From Roseburia sp. AF12-17LB (GTDB taxonomy: Bacteria > Bacillota_I > Bacilli_A > RF39 > UBA660): 64,000 nt of DNA. Of the stretch, positions 29,434 through 39,762 are shown in pieces; the stretch's first letter is position 1; every line of letters starts with the position of its first letter. The stretch spans positions 30,754 to 94,753 of the forward strand of contig CAVDCT010000005.1 of NCBI GenBank assembly GCA_963607615.1, written 5' to 3'. Under the pieces are notes generated by a model, which had not been told where the DNA came from, did not search any database, and saw only the letters and a list, made by a program, of their open reading frames with translations. The translations under genes and the position numbers were made by a program.

Positions 29434-32094
29434 GTGCAACAATTTATATTTTCTGTTATTATTCCTATATATAATGTTGAAGATTATATTGAAGAAACTA
29501 TTGATAGTATTATTAATCAAACAATAGGATTTAAACATATTCAGTTAATTTTAATTAATGATGGATCTACTGATAATAGTGAAGAAATTTGTCTTAAATA
29601 TAAGACATTATATCCAAATAATGTTATTTATATTAAACAGGAAAATAGCGGTGTATCAAGCGCTAGAAATAATGGTTTAAAGTTTGCTACTGGAAAGTAT
29701 ATTAACTTTTTAGATAGTGATGATAAATGGTCAAAGAACGCTTTTGAAAAAGGATTAAAACAATTTAAAAAATATCCTGATATTGGAGCAGTTATTTATC
29801 CATTAACTTTTTTCGAAGCATCTACTAAACAACATCCATTAAATTTTATGTTTAAAAAAAATGGCATAGTAAATATTTTAAAAGATTATCAATATATAAA
29901 ATTATCTTCATGTTCAACTGTTTTTCGTGCTGATGTTATAAAAAATAGAACATTCAGTGATAAGTTAAAAATATCAGAAGATTGTCGCTTAATTACTGAA
30001 ATATTTTTAGACCATCCAAATATTGGAGTTGTATCTGATGCAATGTATTATTATAGAAAAAGAATTACGCAATCATCAACTATTCAAACATCGACTAAGA
30101 AAAAGACATGGTATGTTGACACTCCTAAACATTGTTATCAATACATTGTTGATTTATCTAAACAAAAATATGGAAGAGTTATTGAATATGTTCAGTTTTT
30201 ATTAATTTATGATCTACATTGGAGAATGGATGTGGAAATGGATAGTTGTTTAAATACTGAAGAAAGAGAACAGTATTTGAATGTTATGCATGAACTTTTA
30301 GCTGAAATTGATGATCGACTTATTATTGATTTTCCAATTATGAAATTAAATCAAAAATTATATATGTTAGCATTTAAACATAATTCTACTAATATTTTTT
30401 CTTTAATTGATAATAATGTGTTTGTAAAAGAAACTTGTTTTGATGCTTCTAAAAATTTTAGTGTTATGATTGATAATATAGTAATTGATAATGATTATAT
30501 AGATATTTATGGACGTATGACACATATCCCTAATGTTCTAGAGAATATTTATTTAAAAACGGATACTGAAAGAATTAACTTTGATTATTATGATTTAGAT
30601 AGAACTCATGCAAATCAATCTTGCTTAGATAATAAGTATCAGTTTTCTATAACAGGTATTCATGCTAAAGTAAACCTTGCAACTACTAATAGCATTAAAA
30701 TTATGAGTGAGCATAATAAAGGAGACTTTTATCTTACACCTGTATTTACTTATTCTTCTATATTGAATAATAATTTTACATCTATTTATTTACGAAGTAA
30801 AAATTATTACTTGAAATATATTAAAAATAATAAGGAGGTGCACATTTATAAAAAAAATATTAAAAATACTTTAGTATTAGAAGGAAAATGTATTTTTAAT
30901 TTGCTTAAAAGGCATAAATGGAAAAGCTTAATTTATCGTATGAGTGCTAATACGTATAAATTATTTAATCATAAACCAATTTGGTTGTTATCAGATCGTA
31001 TTCAGGTTGCTGGTGATAATGGTGAAGCAATGTTTCACTATTTAATGAAAAGAAAGGATGTTCCGGCCAAAGTTTATTTTGTGTTGTCTTCTAAATCACA
31101 AGAATATAAAAAACTTAAAAATAAGTATCCAAATTCTGTTGTTGGATATAATACATTTAAGCACAAAATGTTACATTTAAATGCAAAAAAAATAATATCT
31201 GCTCAAGCTGATAATTATGTTACTAATTTATTTGGTAATGGTAAGGACTTTATTGGCGATTTATATAGATTTCAGTTTACTTTTTTACAGCATGGTATAA
31301 CTAAAGATGATTTATCTCCATGGCTAAATGTTAATTCAAATACAATTAATGTATTCATAACAGCATCTAAGATGGAATACGAATCTTTTATAGATACGAA
31401 GTATCGCTACAATTTTCCTAAACGTTGGATTAGGTTAACTGGTTTTGCTCGTTATGATCGCTTATTAGATAAAGATGTTAAACAGGATAAAAGCATTGTT
31501 ATAATGCCGACATGGCGTAAAAACTTAGTAAGTATTTTAGACAGTAAAACAGGAAAACGTGTTTATGATTCTCAGTTTAAAGAAACTGAATATTTTAAGT
31601 TTTATAACGATTTAATTAATAATGAACAATTATTGAGCTTATTAGAATCTAAAGGCTATAAATTGCGTTTTATTCCACATATAAATATGTCACAACAATT
31701 AAAAGATTTTAAGATTAATCCTTTAGTTGAAATTGTTGACAGTGCGGTTGATTATGCTAAAGAGTTTAAAAGAAATAGTATTCTTATTACTGATTATTCT
31801 AGTGTATTTTTTGATTTTGCTTATTTGAGAAAACCTATAGTTTATACTCAATTTGATTCAGAAAAATTTTTTGAGGGTCAAGCATATGATAAAGGATATT
31901 TTTCTTATGAAAATGATGGCTTTGGACCTGTTTGTAAAACTGTAAGTGAGACAGTATCTGAAATTTCAAAGATTATTGATAATAATTGTCAATTAGAAGA
32001 AAAATATTTAATGCGTGTAAAATATTTTTATTCTTTTCATGATCAGAATAATTGTGAAAGAATTTATGATGAAATAATTAAATATGATAATTAA
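29434..32094 (+). CDS. Bifunctional GT2 glycosyltransferase / CDP-glycerol glycerophosphotransferase (TagF-like) fusion
   Basis: N-terminal GT2 domain (FSVIIPIYNVEDYIEETIDSIINQT...ILINDGSTDNS...DSDD). C-terminal TagB/TagF-family domain (SDRIQVAGDNGEAMFHY ... LQHGITKD ... ITDYSSVFFDFAYLRKP). Start set to the GTG at 29434 after a TATAAT -10 and GGAGA RBS; the track start at 29401 is a TTG inside the promoter. Confidence 0.8.
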   Translation: MQQFIFSVIIPIYNVEDYIEETIDSIINQTIGFKHIQLILINDGSTDNSEEICLKYKTLYPNNVIYIKQENSGVSSARNNGLKFATGKYINFLDSDDKWSKNAFEKGLKQFKKYPDIGAVIYPLTFFEASTKQHPLNFMFKKNGIVNILKDYQYIKLSSCSTVFRADVIKNRTFSDKLKISEDCRLITEIFLDHPNIGVVSDAMYYYRKRITQSSTIQTSTKKKTWYVDTPKHCYQYIVDLSKQKYGRVIEYVQFLLIYDLHWRMDVEMDSCLNTEEREQYLNVMHELLAEIDDRLIIDFPIMKLNQKLYMLAFKHNSTNIFSLIDNNVFVKETCFDASKNFSVMIDNIVIDNDYIDIYGRMTHIPNVLENIYLKTDTERINFDYYDLDRTHANQSCLDNKYQFSITGIHAKVNLATTNSIKIMSEHNKGDFYLTPVFTYSSILNNNFTSIYLRSKNYYLKYIKNNKEVHIYKKNIKNTLVLEGKCIFNLLKRHKWKSLIYRMSANTYKLFNHKPIWLLSDRIQVAGDNGEAMFHYLMKRKDVPAKVYFVLSSKSQEYKKLKNKYPNSVVGYNTFKHKMLHLNAKKIISAQADNYVTNLFGNGKDFIGDLYRFQFTFLQHGITKDDLSPWLNVNSNTINVFITASKMEYESFIDTKYRYNFPKRWIRLTGFARYDRLLDKDVKQDKSIVIMPTWRKNLVSILDSKTGKRVYDSQFKETEYFKFYNDLINNEQLLSLLESKGYKLRFIPHINMSQQLKDFKINPLVEIVDSAVDYAKEFKRNSILITDYSSVFFDFAYLRKPIVYTQFDSEKFFEGQAYDKGYFSYENDGFGPVCKTVSETVSEISKIIDNNCQLEEKYLMRVKYFYSFHDQNNCERIYDEIIKYDN

Positions 32095-32203
32095 AATAAT
32101 CAAATTTTTATAAAAAGTAATATTTTATTGTAAATAGTAATGTAATTTGTTATACTAAAAATAAAGAGAGGTAGTTATTACTATTTAGGGAGAAAGATTG
32201 TAT

Positions 32204-33166
32204 ATGAAAAATGATAATAAAAAAGATGTAATTTTATATTTAGTTATACCTTGTTATAATGAAGAAGAAATGTTAGGTATAACGACTGAAGCATTGAATG
32301 AAAAAATGAAGAAACTTATAAAGGATAAGAAAATATCTAAAAATAGCAAGGTTTTATATGTAAATGATGGTTCTAAAGATAATACTTGGGAGTTAATACA
32401 GAAAATACATGAAGAAAATGACATGTTTGGTGGTGTTAAATTATCTCGTAATAGAGGACATCAGAATGCATTATTAGCTGGATTGATGGTTGCTAAAAAG
32501 TATGCTGACATCACTATTAGTATGGATGCTGATTTACAAGATGATATCAGTGTTATAGATAAAATGTTAGAAGAGTATCAAAATGGTGCTGAAATTGTAT
32601 ATGGAGTTAGAAGTTCAAGAAAAAAAGATACATTTTTCAAAAAATTTACTGCTGAAGGATTTTATAAGTTTATGAAACTTATGGGGGTAGAGATTGTTTT
32701 TAATCATGCTGATTGTAGGCTTATGAGTAAGTTAGCACTTGAGGGATTGGAGCAGTTTGATGAGGTTAATTTATTCTTGCGTGGTATTGTTCCACAAATA
32801 GGTTATAAAACAGCAATTGCTTATTACGAAAGAAATGAACGTGTTGCTGGTGAATCTAAATATCCACTAAAGAAGATGCTTAAATTTGCCGTTGATGGGA
32901 TAACATCTTTTAGTGTTGTACCACTTCGTTTAATAACTTCATTAGGATTTTTTATGTCATTGTTTAGTTTTTGTGTATTAATATATGCTTTGATAGTTAA
33001 AATAATTGGACATACTGTATCTGGCTGGACGTTTATTATATTTTCTATTTGGTTAGTAGCTGGTATTCAAATGTTATCGTTGGGAATTATTGGTGAATAT
33101 ATAGGCAAAATTTACAAAGAAACAAAAAGAAGACCAAAATATATTATTGAAAAGGAATTACTATAA
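32204..33166 (+). CDS. GT2 polyprenyl-phosphate glycosyltransferase (CsbB/GtrB-like)
   Basis: LVIPCYNEEEML ... VNDGSKDNT ... DADLQDD motifs plus two C-terminal TM helices, typical of GtrB/CsbB. Confidence 0.8.
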   Translation: MKNDNKKDVILYLVIPCYNEEEMLGITTEALNEKMKKLIKDKKISKNSKVLYVNDGSKDNTWELIQKIHEENDMFGGVKLSRNRGHQNALLAGLMVAKKYADITISMDADLQDDISVIDKMLEEYQNGAEIVYGVRSSRKKDTFFKKFTAEGFYKFMKLMGVEIVFNHADCRLMSKLALEGLEQFDEVNLFLRGIVPQIGYKTAIAYYERNERVAGESKYPLKKMLKFAVDGITSFSVVPLRLITSLGFFMSLFSFCVLIYALIVKIIGHTVSGWTFIIFSIWLVAGIQMLSLGIIGEYIGKIYKETKRRPKYIIEKELL

Positions 33167-33579
33167 TGCGTTTTATAGAACTTTATAAGGAACATAAAGA
33201 GGGGATAAATTATCTGATTTTCGGGGCTTTAACTACTGTTTTAAGTTTAGCTGTTTATTATATATTAACTATGACGTTTTTATCACCAGAAAATGCTTTT
33301 CAACTGCAGATAGCTAATATTTTGTCTTGGATAGTTGGTTTTCTTTTTGCTTATGTTACTAATCGTAAATTTGTATTTGAAAGTAATAATAATAATGTAT
33401 TTAAAGAATTTATTAGTTTTTTTCTGTCAAGAATATCAACTTTGTTGCTAGATATGTTGATTATGTTTATATTTGTAACTATACTAAAATGTAATAATCA
33501 AATCATGAAATTAGTATCACAAATTCTTGTTATATTGAGTAATTATATTTTAAGTAAATGTTTTGTGTTTAAAAGATAA
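33166..33579 (+). CDS. GtrA-family small membrane protein (flippase-associated)
   Basis: 137 aa with four TM segments and the characteristic LIFGALTT...NRKFVF pattern. ATAATG overlap with the upstream GT2 gene. Confidence 0.75.
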   Translation: MRFIELYKEHKEGINYLIFGALTTVLSLAVYYILTMTFLSPENAFQLQIANILSWIVGFLFAYVTNRKFVFESNNNNVFKEFISFFLSRISTLLLDMLIMFIFVTILKCNNQIMKLVSQILVILSNYILSKCFVFKR

Positions 33580-33594
33580 AATATATTATTAGTT

Positions 33595-33651
33595 AAAGCC
33601 AATAAATTGTTTTAAACTACTATTATTGGCTTTTATTTATATAAATTGTTT
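33595..33651 (+). terminator. Possible intrinsic terminator after the gtrA-like gene
   Basis: AAAGCCAATAA...TTATTGGCTTT long hairpin followed by TATTTAT. AT-rich, so weak. Confidence 0.45.
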
Positions 33652-33679
33652 TTAATATGATTTTAAAAGGGGAGATAGT

Positions 33680-35350
33680 ATGTCTAAATATAAATATGAT
33701 ATAACAATTATTGTTCCATGCTATAATTGTAGTGAATATGTAGATGAGATGATGAAATCTTTGATAAATCAAGATTATGATTATAATAAGATGGAAATTC
33801 TTTTATTAAATGATGGTTCTACTGATGATACACTATCAATTATAAAAAAGTATGAAACAGATAATGTTCGTGTTATATCTAAAAAAAATGAAGGTGTGAG
33901 TGCTACTAGAAATTTGGGCCTTAAAGAGGCTAAGGGTAAATATATTCTATTTTTAGATCCAGATGATTATTTATCAGTTGATGTTGTAAAAAAGATTATA
34001 AAATTTTTTAATGAGCATAGTGATGAAGTGGATTTAGTAACTTATCCTCTTTTATATGTTTATCCAGATAAGAAGCCGATGGTTCATCAAAGATATAAAA
34101 ATTGTTATACGAAAGGTACGGCTGTTTATGATTTGAATGAATATTATTATTTAATTCAACCTACAATAAATGTTTGTATTAAAAATGATTTAAATTTGTA
34201 TTTTGATATTAATCAAAAATATAGTGAAGATGAAAAGTTTAATACGACAATTTTAATGAGAAAGAAGAAAATCGGATATGTAAGTGATATAACATACTTC
34301 TATCGTCGTTATAATAATAGTGTGACTTCTAAACGAGGAGTTATTGATTTAGAAAATATATATAATTATTATGATTCGTTACAAGAAATTTATAATAATC
34401 ATCCTTTTATCCAATCAATAATTATGAATAATTATAATTGGCGTCTTAGAGAAAAATGCTTATTTCCAAATCAAATGAATATTAAAGAAATAGACTCATA
34501 TTTATTACGTGCTTCTGAAAGATTAAATAAAATAGATTTCACATTATTTAAAAATCATGTGCTAGATAATCAAGAAATATTTTATGATTTATTGGCACTT
34601 AGTCGCAAGAATTGTTCTATTAAATCAGTTGGTGATAAATATCAATTATTATGTAATAACCAAGTTCTAGTAGATGATGTTAATACAAAAATGTATATAA
34701 ATTATATATCTATTGATGATAATAATTTAGTTTTTAATGGTTATATAATAACTCCTTTATTTTATACTAATCAAGTAAAGTTATATATGGAATTTGATGG
34801 TAAGAATAAAGAGGTTTCATTATTTAATGAATTGCGTTATCAAAAAAAGTATAAACAGAAATTTGAAATCACTATTAATCCAGCTAAAATTCATGAACTT
34901 AATTTCTTTATAAAATATAAGGATAATATTATTAAACTGAACGTGCAACCAATAGATTGGTGTAGTAGAAAAAAAGCTTATAGCAATTATCAAGTAAATA
35001 TTTCAAAAAAAATCTATATTAAGAAAAGTAATATATTTAATTATCTTAATAATCGTTTTATTTATTGTACTAATTTTAAATTTCTCTTAATCAATATTTT
35101 ATCTTTCTTCACACGTAAAGGAAATAAATGTTCTATTTATTTTGGTGATAAAGATTCTTTAATATATAAGAAATATCAACTTGATAAAAGTAACAATAAA
35201 AAATTTTATAGTAAAGCAATTGGTTATACTTATAAGCTTGAATTATTAAATTGTGATTACTTAATAACAGATAAAAGTGTACAGTTAGTAGTACCATTTG
35301 GAAGAATGCGCAAACATTATATTCAAGCTAGTCATTTTAAAAAATATTAA
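33680..35350 (+). CDS. GT2-family glycosyltransferase with extended C-terminal domain
   Basis: ITIIVPCYNCSEYVDEMMKSLINQDY...LLNDGSTDDT...DPDD N-terminal GT2 signature. The C-terminal ~300 aa have no recognisable motif. Confidence 0.75.
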   Translation: MSKYKYDITIIVPCYNCSEYVDEMMKSLINQDYDYNKMEILLLNDGSTDDTLSIIKKYETDNVRVISKKNEGVSATRNLGLKEAKGKYILFLDPDDYLSVDVVKKIIKFFNEHSDEVDLVTYPLLYVYPDKKPMVHQRYKNCYTKGTAVYDLNEYYYLIQPTINVCIKNDLNLYFDINQKYSEDEKFNTTILMRKKKIGYVSDITYFYRRYNNSVTSKRGVIDLENIYNYYDSLQEIYNNHPFIQSIIMNNYNWRLREKCLFPNQMNIKEIDSYLLRASERLNKIDFTLFKNHVLDNQEIFYDLLALSRKNCSIKSVGDKYQLLCNNQVLVDDVNTKMYINYISIDDNNLVFNGYIITPLFYTNQVKLYMEFDGKNKEVSLFNELRYQKKYKQKFEITINPAKIHELNFFIKYKDNIIKLNVQPIDWCSRKKAYSNYQVNISKKIYIKKSNIFNYLNNRFIYCTNFKFLLINILSFFTRKGNKCSIYFGDKDSLIYKKYQLDKSNNKKFYSKAIGYTYKLELLNCDYLITDKSVQLVVPFGRMRKHYIQASHFKKY

Positions 35351-35439
35351 TATATTATGTTATTACATAACTTTAAAATGAAATATATATATGATATAAT
35401 TTATCTATGTTGTTTAATAATAGAGAATGGTGATGTTAG

Positions 35440-37005
35440 GTGGAAAAATTAACTATTGAATCATTAGAATGGAGTAGAATTTATTTAATAGTAACTTTTA
35501 ATAATGATATAACTGATGATTTATATTTAATTGATGAAAACAAAAATAAACAATTGATATGTAAGGAATATATAGAAAAGAATAAATTGAAAATGCCTAT
35601 TACTTGTGCTTATAGTGATAGTATGATTAGCGAAGGAAAATGGAATTTTTATTATCAAGAAAAATTAGTTATGGTTAATTTATCGTGCGCTAAAACATTA
35701 GATGATAAAAATAAAGTATATTTTTATAAGAATAATGATTATGCATATGTAGTTAGTTTTAATATAGATGAACAATTTAACTTAATTATGTTTATAAACT
35801 ATATGAAGAAAAATAATAAACCTTTAGCAAATGATCGAATTACTAGTAAACATTTTGTATTCCATAAAATATTGGTTATGGTTTTAAATTTGTTTATTGG
35901 ACTATTAAAATTAGAATACAAATTATTCTCATTATTAAGTTTTAAAAAAGGTAATAGGTTATTATTTATGTCTGAAACTAGGGATAAATTAGAAGGTAAT
36001 TTATTAGCTTTAAGAAATCGCTTAGTAGAACGTAATCTGGATAAGAACTATAAATTTTATTATTCATTTAAAAAAGTGTTAAGTTCTAGAAAAAGTATTT
36101 GGTATTATTTTAAAACTGTTGCTTTAATCGCTAGAGTTGATTATATTTTTATTGATGACTATGCTCCAATATTTAGTTTTATTGATTTAAAGAAAACACG
36201 CTTAATACAATTATGGCATGCTGGTGTCGGATTTAAAAGTGTTGGGTATTCACGTTTCGGCAAAAATGGTTCTCCACATCCTTTAGTATCTCCACATCGC
36301 AAATATGATTATGCAGTTGTAGCAAGTGAAAGTCTTATTCCTGTATATCAAGAAGTTTTTGGTTTAACTAGAAAGCATTTTATTGTTCCAGGAATGCTTA
36401 GATTGGATGGCTATCTTGATGAAGAGAGAATAGCTAATGTTAAAGAACGTATTTATCATAGTTATCCAAATATTAAAAATAAAAAAGTTATTTTGTTTGC
36501 ACCTACTTACAGGGGAACTGGTCAAGCTACTGCTTATTATGATAACGATCAAATTGATTTAGATAAATTGTATGAATTATGCGTAAATAATAATTATATA
36601 GTTTTGTTTAAATTTCATCCCTTTATCAAGGATAAAATAACCATAAAAAAAGAATATCAGGAGTTATTAATTGATGTTTCAGATTATTCAGATATCAATG
36701 AATTATTTTATGTTACAGATGTTTTAATTACGGATTATTCATCTAATATTTATGAATACTCTTTATTTGAAAAGCCAATTATATTCTTTGATTATGATTT
36801 AGAACAATATGAAATTTTGCGTGGCGTACATAATTCATTGGAAGATTCACCAGGAAATGTTTGTAAAACATTTGATGAGGTATTAGATATATTAAAAAAT
36901 CAAAATTATGACATAAGTAAAGTTAAAAAATTTAAAAACGAAAATATCGCTTACCAGGATTCTAAATCCTGTGATAGGTTAATTAAGATATTATTTGACG
37001 AATAA
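35440..37005 (+). CDS. CDP-glycerol glycerophosphotransferase (TagB/TagF family)
   Basis: Family motifs LWHAGVGFKSVGY, FAPTYRG and ITDYSSNIYEYSLFEKPIIFF. GTG start at 35440 with a GGTGA RBS. Confidence 0.8.
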   Translation: MEKLTIESLEWSRIYLIVTFNNDITDDLYLIDENKNKQLICKEYIEKNKLKMPITCAYSDSMISEGKWNFYYQEKLVMVNLSCAKTLDDKNKVYFYKNNDYAYVVSFNIDEQFNLIMFINYMKKNNKPLANDRITSKHFVFHKILVMVLNLFIGLLKLEYKLFSLLSFKKGNRLLFMSETRDKLEGNLLALRNRLVERNLDKNYKFYYSFKKVLSSRKSIWYYFKTVALIARVDYIFIDDYAPIFSFIDLKKTRLIQLWHAGVGFKSVGYSRFGKNGSPHPLVSPHRKYDYAVVASESLIPVYQEVFGLTRKHFIVPGMLRLDGYLDEERIANVKERIYHSYPNIKNKKVILFAPTYRGTGQATAYYDNDQIDLDKLYELCVNNNYIVLFKFHPFIKDKITIKKEYQELLIDVSDYSDINELFYVTDVLITDYSSNIYEYSLFEKPIIFFDYDLEQYEILRGVHNSLEDSPGNVCKTFDEVLDILKNQNYDISKVKKFKNENIAYQDSKSCDRLIKILFDE

Positions 37006-37032
37006 TACACAGTAAAAGGAGTTATTGCAGAT

Positions 37033-39723
37033 ATGAAAAGTATAAAATATTCAATCATAGTTATTGTCGATGATACAAATAATTTAGAACATTGTTTAAA
37101 TAGTATTAAGGTACAAACATATGATTTATCTAAAATAGAGGTTATTTTAGTAGATAATAGTCCTGATAAAATACCAGATAGTATTGTTTCGACATATAGC
37201 AAATTTTTTAAAATTAATTGTTTTACTGTGGATGATAGTTCTTGTGATAAATTATATCTAGAAGTTATTAATCAAGCTAAAGGAGAAACCATTACCTTTA
37301 TTAGTTCTAATAATTACTACGCTAATAAAAAAACTTTAAGAAAGTTAGATTCAATTACTAGTACTAATGGTTTAGTTGCTATAAAATCTTGTTATTATGA
37401 TAATGATAATAATGTATTGGTTAATTATAAAATTCAACCACACAAAACAGGATATATAAATTTGGAAGATAATCCTTTTATGCTTGCTTTGAATTTGAAT
37501 GCTTACTTTATTTCTAAAAAAATGTTAACTAACATAGAAATAGAAAATAATCATTTAGAGAATGCTAAAATAGTATTATTAATTAATTTGTTGCGTAAGA
37601 AAAAGAACTATTATTATAATGACTCATTAGCTATTATTTCTTATAGTCCTTTTGAAACTAATTCATCTAAGTATTCAATTCAATATAATAAATGGTGGTA
37701 TACTGAATCTATTGAATATTTTATAAACTATTGTAAAACCTTAAAGGATATTCCATCATATATTCAAGAAATATTGTTATATGTTATATATACGCGTATT
37801 AATTGTAATATATATGATAGAAATAAAGGAGTATTGACAAAACAGGAAGTTGAAATATTTTTTGATAAAGTAGTCCTTTTAACTGAATTTATTGACAATA
37901 GTATTATTTTAAGATATGAACGTGATACAAAAGAGAATTTTAAATATTTGTTTAAATTACCAAGATGGATTTGTTATTATATTGTTGATCGAAAATTAAA
38001 AAATAGAAAAAGTATTAGTTACAACAATAACAAGATTAATTTAGAGTATATGTATAAAAATAAAAAAGAGGTTATTTATAATAATGATACAGTATACGAG
38101 AGAGTAAATGTATATGCAATTAATTATGATAATGGTAAGCTTACATTTGATTGTACAACTTCTTTAAAAGATTATTTAAATGATGATGATTTTGTTATTT
38201 ATGCTAAATATAATGGAAAGAAAATACCTATTACAAGATCATATTTTTATCCTTTATTAAAGGCTTTTGGAAAAACATTACAACAAAAATATTGCTTTAA
38301 TTTTACAATTGATCCTGAAGTTAAAGGAAACCTAAAAGTTTTTGCTTTAATTAATGGTAAAGAGGTTCCTTTATGTTTTAATTATTCAAAAGTACAGGCA
38401 CATCTTAGTAATTCAAAACGTTCGTTTTGGCATTATAAAGACTTTGTTTTATATAATAAAGTGAATCGTATTATTATTAAGAAGGCAAAAACACTTGATT
38501 TATTAAAAGCTGAAGTTTTGTTTGATTTATCAAAGATTAAAAATGTTAAAAATAAATATCGTGCACTAAAGCTTGTGACTTTAAGAATGCTTTATTATAT
38601 AACAAAACCATTCTATAAAAATAAACATGTTTGGTTAACATGGGATAAATTGTATAAGGCAGGGGATAATGGGGAATATATATATCAATATTGTTTGAAA
38701 CAAAATCGAAATATATATTATTTTATAAAAAAAGATTCTCCAGATTTTAAAAGATTAAGAAAACAGAATAAGAAACGTTGTGTAGTGTTTAATTCTTTGA
38801 AAGCTAAATTGTTAAGTCTTCATTCGGAAGTCATTTTAGATACTCATGCTAACGTTATTTCATATTGTGGTTTTGATGGTATTTCTCGTCATTTTGTTAG
38901 TGGATTTTTTAATCCTAATATTATTTGCATTCAACATGGATTAACAATTCAAAAGATTGCTCAATATCAAAATCGTTTATTTGATAATATAAAATATTAT
39001 TGTTGCGCATCACAATTTGAAATTGAAAATATTAAAAGCCCTCTATATGATTATCGTGAAGATCAAATGAGTTTAACTGGATTAGCAAGATATGATGGGT
39101 TAAAGTCAAAAGCTGAAAAATTAATATTAATTACTCCTACATGGCGTAGAAATGTAGTAAATTCTAGTATTGCTTATGTAAAAAAGAAACATAATGATAA
39201 TTTTAAAAAGAGTGATTATTTTAATATTTATAATAGTTTAATTAATAATGATAAACTTATTAATTGCGCTAAAGAGTATGGTTATAAATTAGTTTATTTG
39301 TTGCATCCCGCTATGAGTGGACAATTAGAGGATTTTGTAGGTAATGATTATGTATCAATAATCCCAGCAACTGGCAATATAAATTATGAAGATATATTAA
39401 CTAGAGCATCCTTAATGGTTACAGATTATTCTGGTGTTCAATTTGATTTTGCTTATCAAAGAAAAGTATTGGTTTATTATCATCCTAGTGCTTTACCACC
39501 TCATTATGATGATGGTGGATTGGATTATACTACTATGGGATTTGGACCTATTTGTGAAAATGAAGAACAAATTGTTAATGAATTATGTGAAAATATGAAA
39601 AATGATTGTGTAATTAAAGATTTATATAAAAAACGTGCTGATGATTTCTTTGCATTTGATGATTTTAATAACTGTGAGAGAATATTAAAAAATGTTGATG
39701 AATATTTAAATAAAATAAAGTAA
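37033..39723 (+). CDS. GT2-like N-terminal domain fused to a CDP-glycerol glycerophosphotransferase (TagF-like)
   Basis: Paralogue of 29434-32094. Degenerate N-terminal GT2 (SIIVIVDDTNNLEHCLNSIKVQTY...VDNSPD). C-terminal TagF domain (WDKLYKAGDNGEYIYQY ... IQHGLTIQKI ... VTDYSGVQFDFAYQRK). Confidence 0.75.
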   Translation: MKSIKYSIIVIVDDTNNLEHCLNSIKVQTYDLSKIEVILVDNSPDKIPDSIVSTYSKFFKINCFTVDDSSCDKLYLEVINQAKGETITFISSNNYYANKKTLRKLDSITSTNGLVAIKSCYYDNDNNVLVNYKIQPHKTGYINLEDNPFMLALNLNAYFISKKMLTNIEIENNHLENAKIVLLINLLRKKKNYYYNDSLAIISYSPFETNSSKYSIQYNKWWYTESIEYFINYCKTLKDIPSYIQEILLYVIYTRINCNIYDRNKGVLTKQEVEIFFDKVVLLTEFIDNSIILRYERDTKENFKYLFKLPRWICYYIVDRKLKNRKSISYNNNKINLEYMYKNKKEVIYNNDTVYERVNVYAINYDNGKLTFDCTTSLKDYLNDDDFVIYAKYNGKKIPITRSYFYPLLKAFGKTLQQKYCFNFTIDPEVKGNLKVFALINGKEVPLCFNYSKVQAHLSNSKRSFWHYKDFVLYNKVNRIIIKKAKTLDLLKAEVLFDLSKIKNVKNKYRALKLVTLRMLYYITKPFYKNKHVWLTWDKLYKAGDNGEYIYQYCLKQNRNIYYFIKKDSPDFKRLRKQNKKRCVVFNSLKAKLLSLHSEVILDTHANVISYCGFDGISRHFVSGFFNPNIICIQHGLTIQKIAQYQNRLFDNIKYYCCASQFEIENIKSPLYDYREDQMSLTGLARYDGLKSKAEKLILITPTWRRNVVNSSIAYVKKKHNDNFKKSDYFNIYNSLINNDKLINCAKEYGYKLVYLLHPAMSGQLEDFVGNDYVSIIPATGNINYEDILTRASLMVTDYSGVQFDFAYQRKVLVYYHPSALPPHYDDGGLDYTTMGFGPICENEEQIVNELCENMKNDCVIKDLYKKRADDFFAFDDFNNCERILKNVDEYLNKIK

Positions 39724-39762
39724 ATAATAAAAGATGATTATTTTAGTTATGGGGTGTGTTTA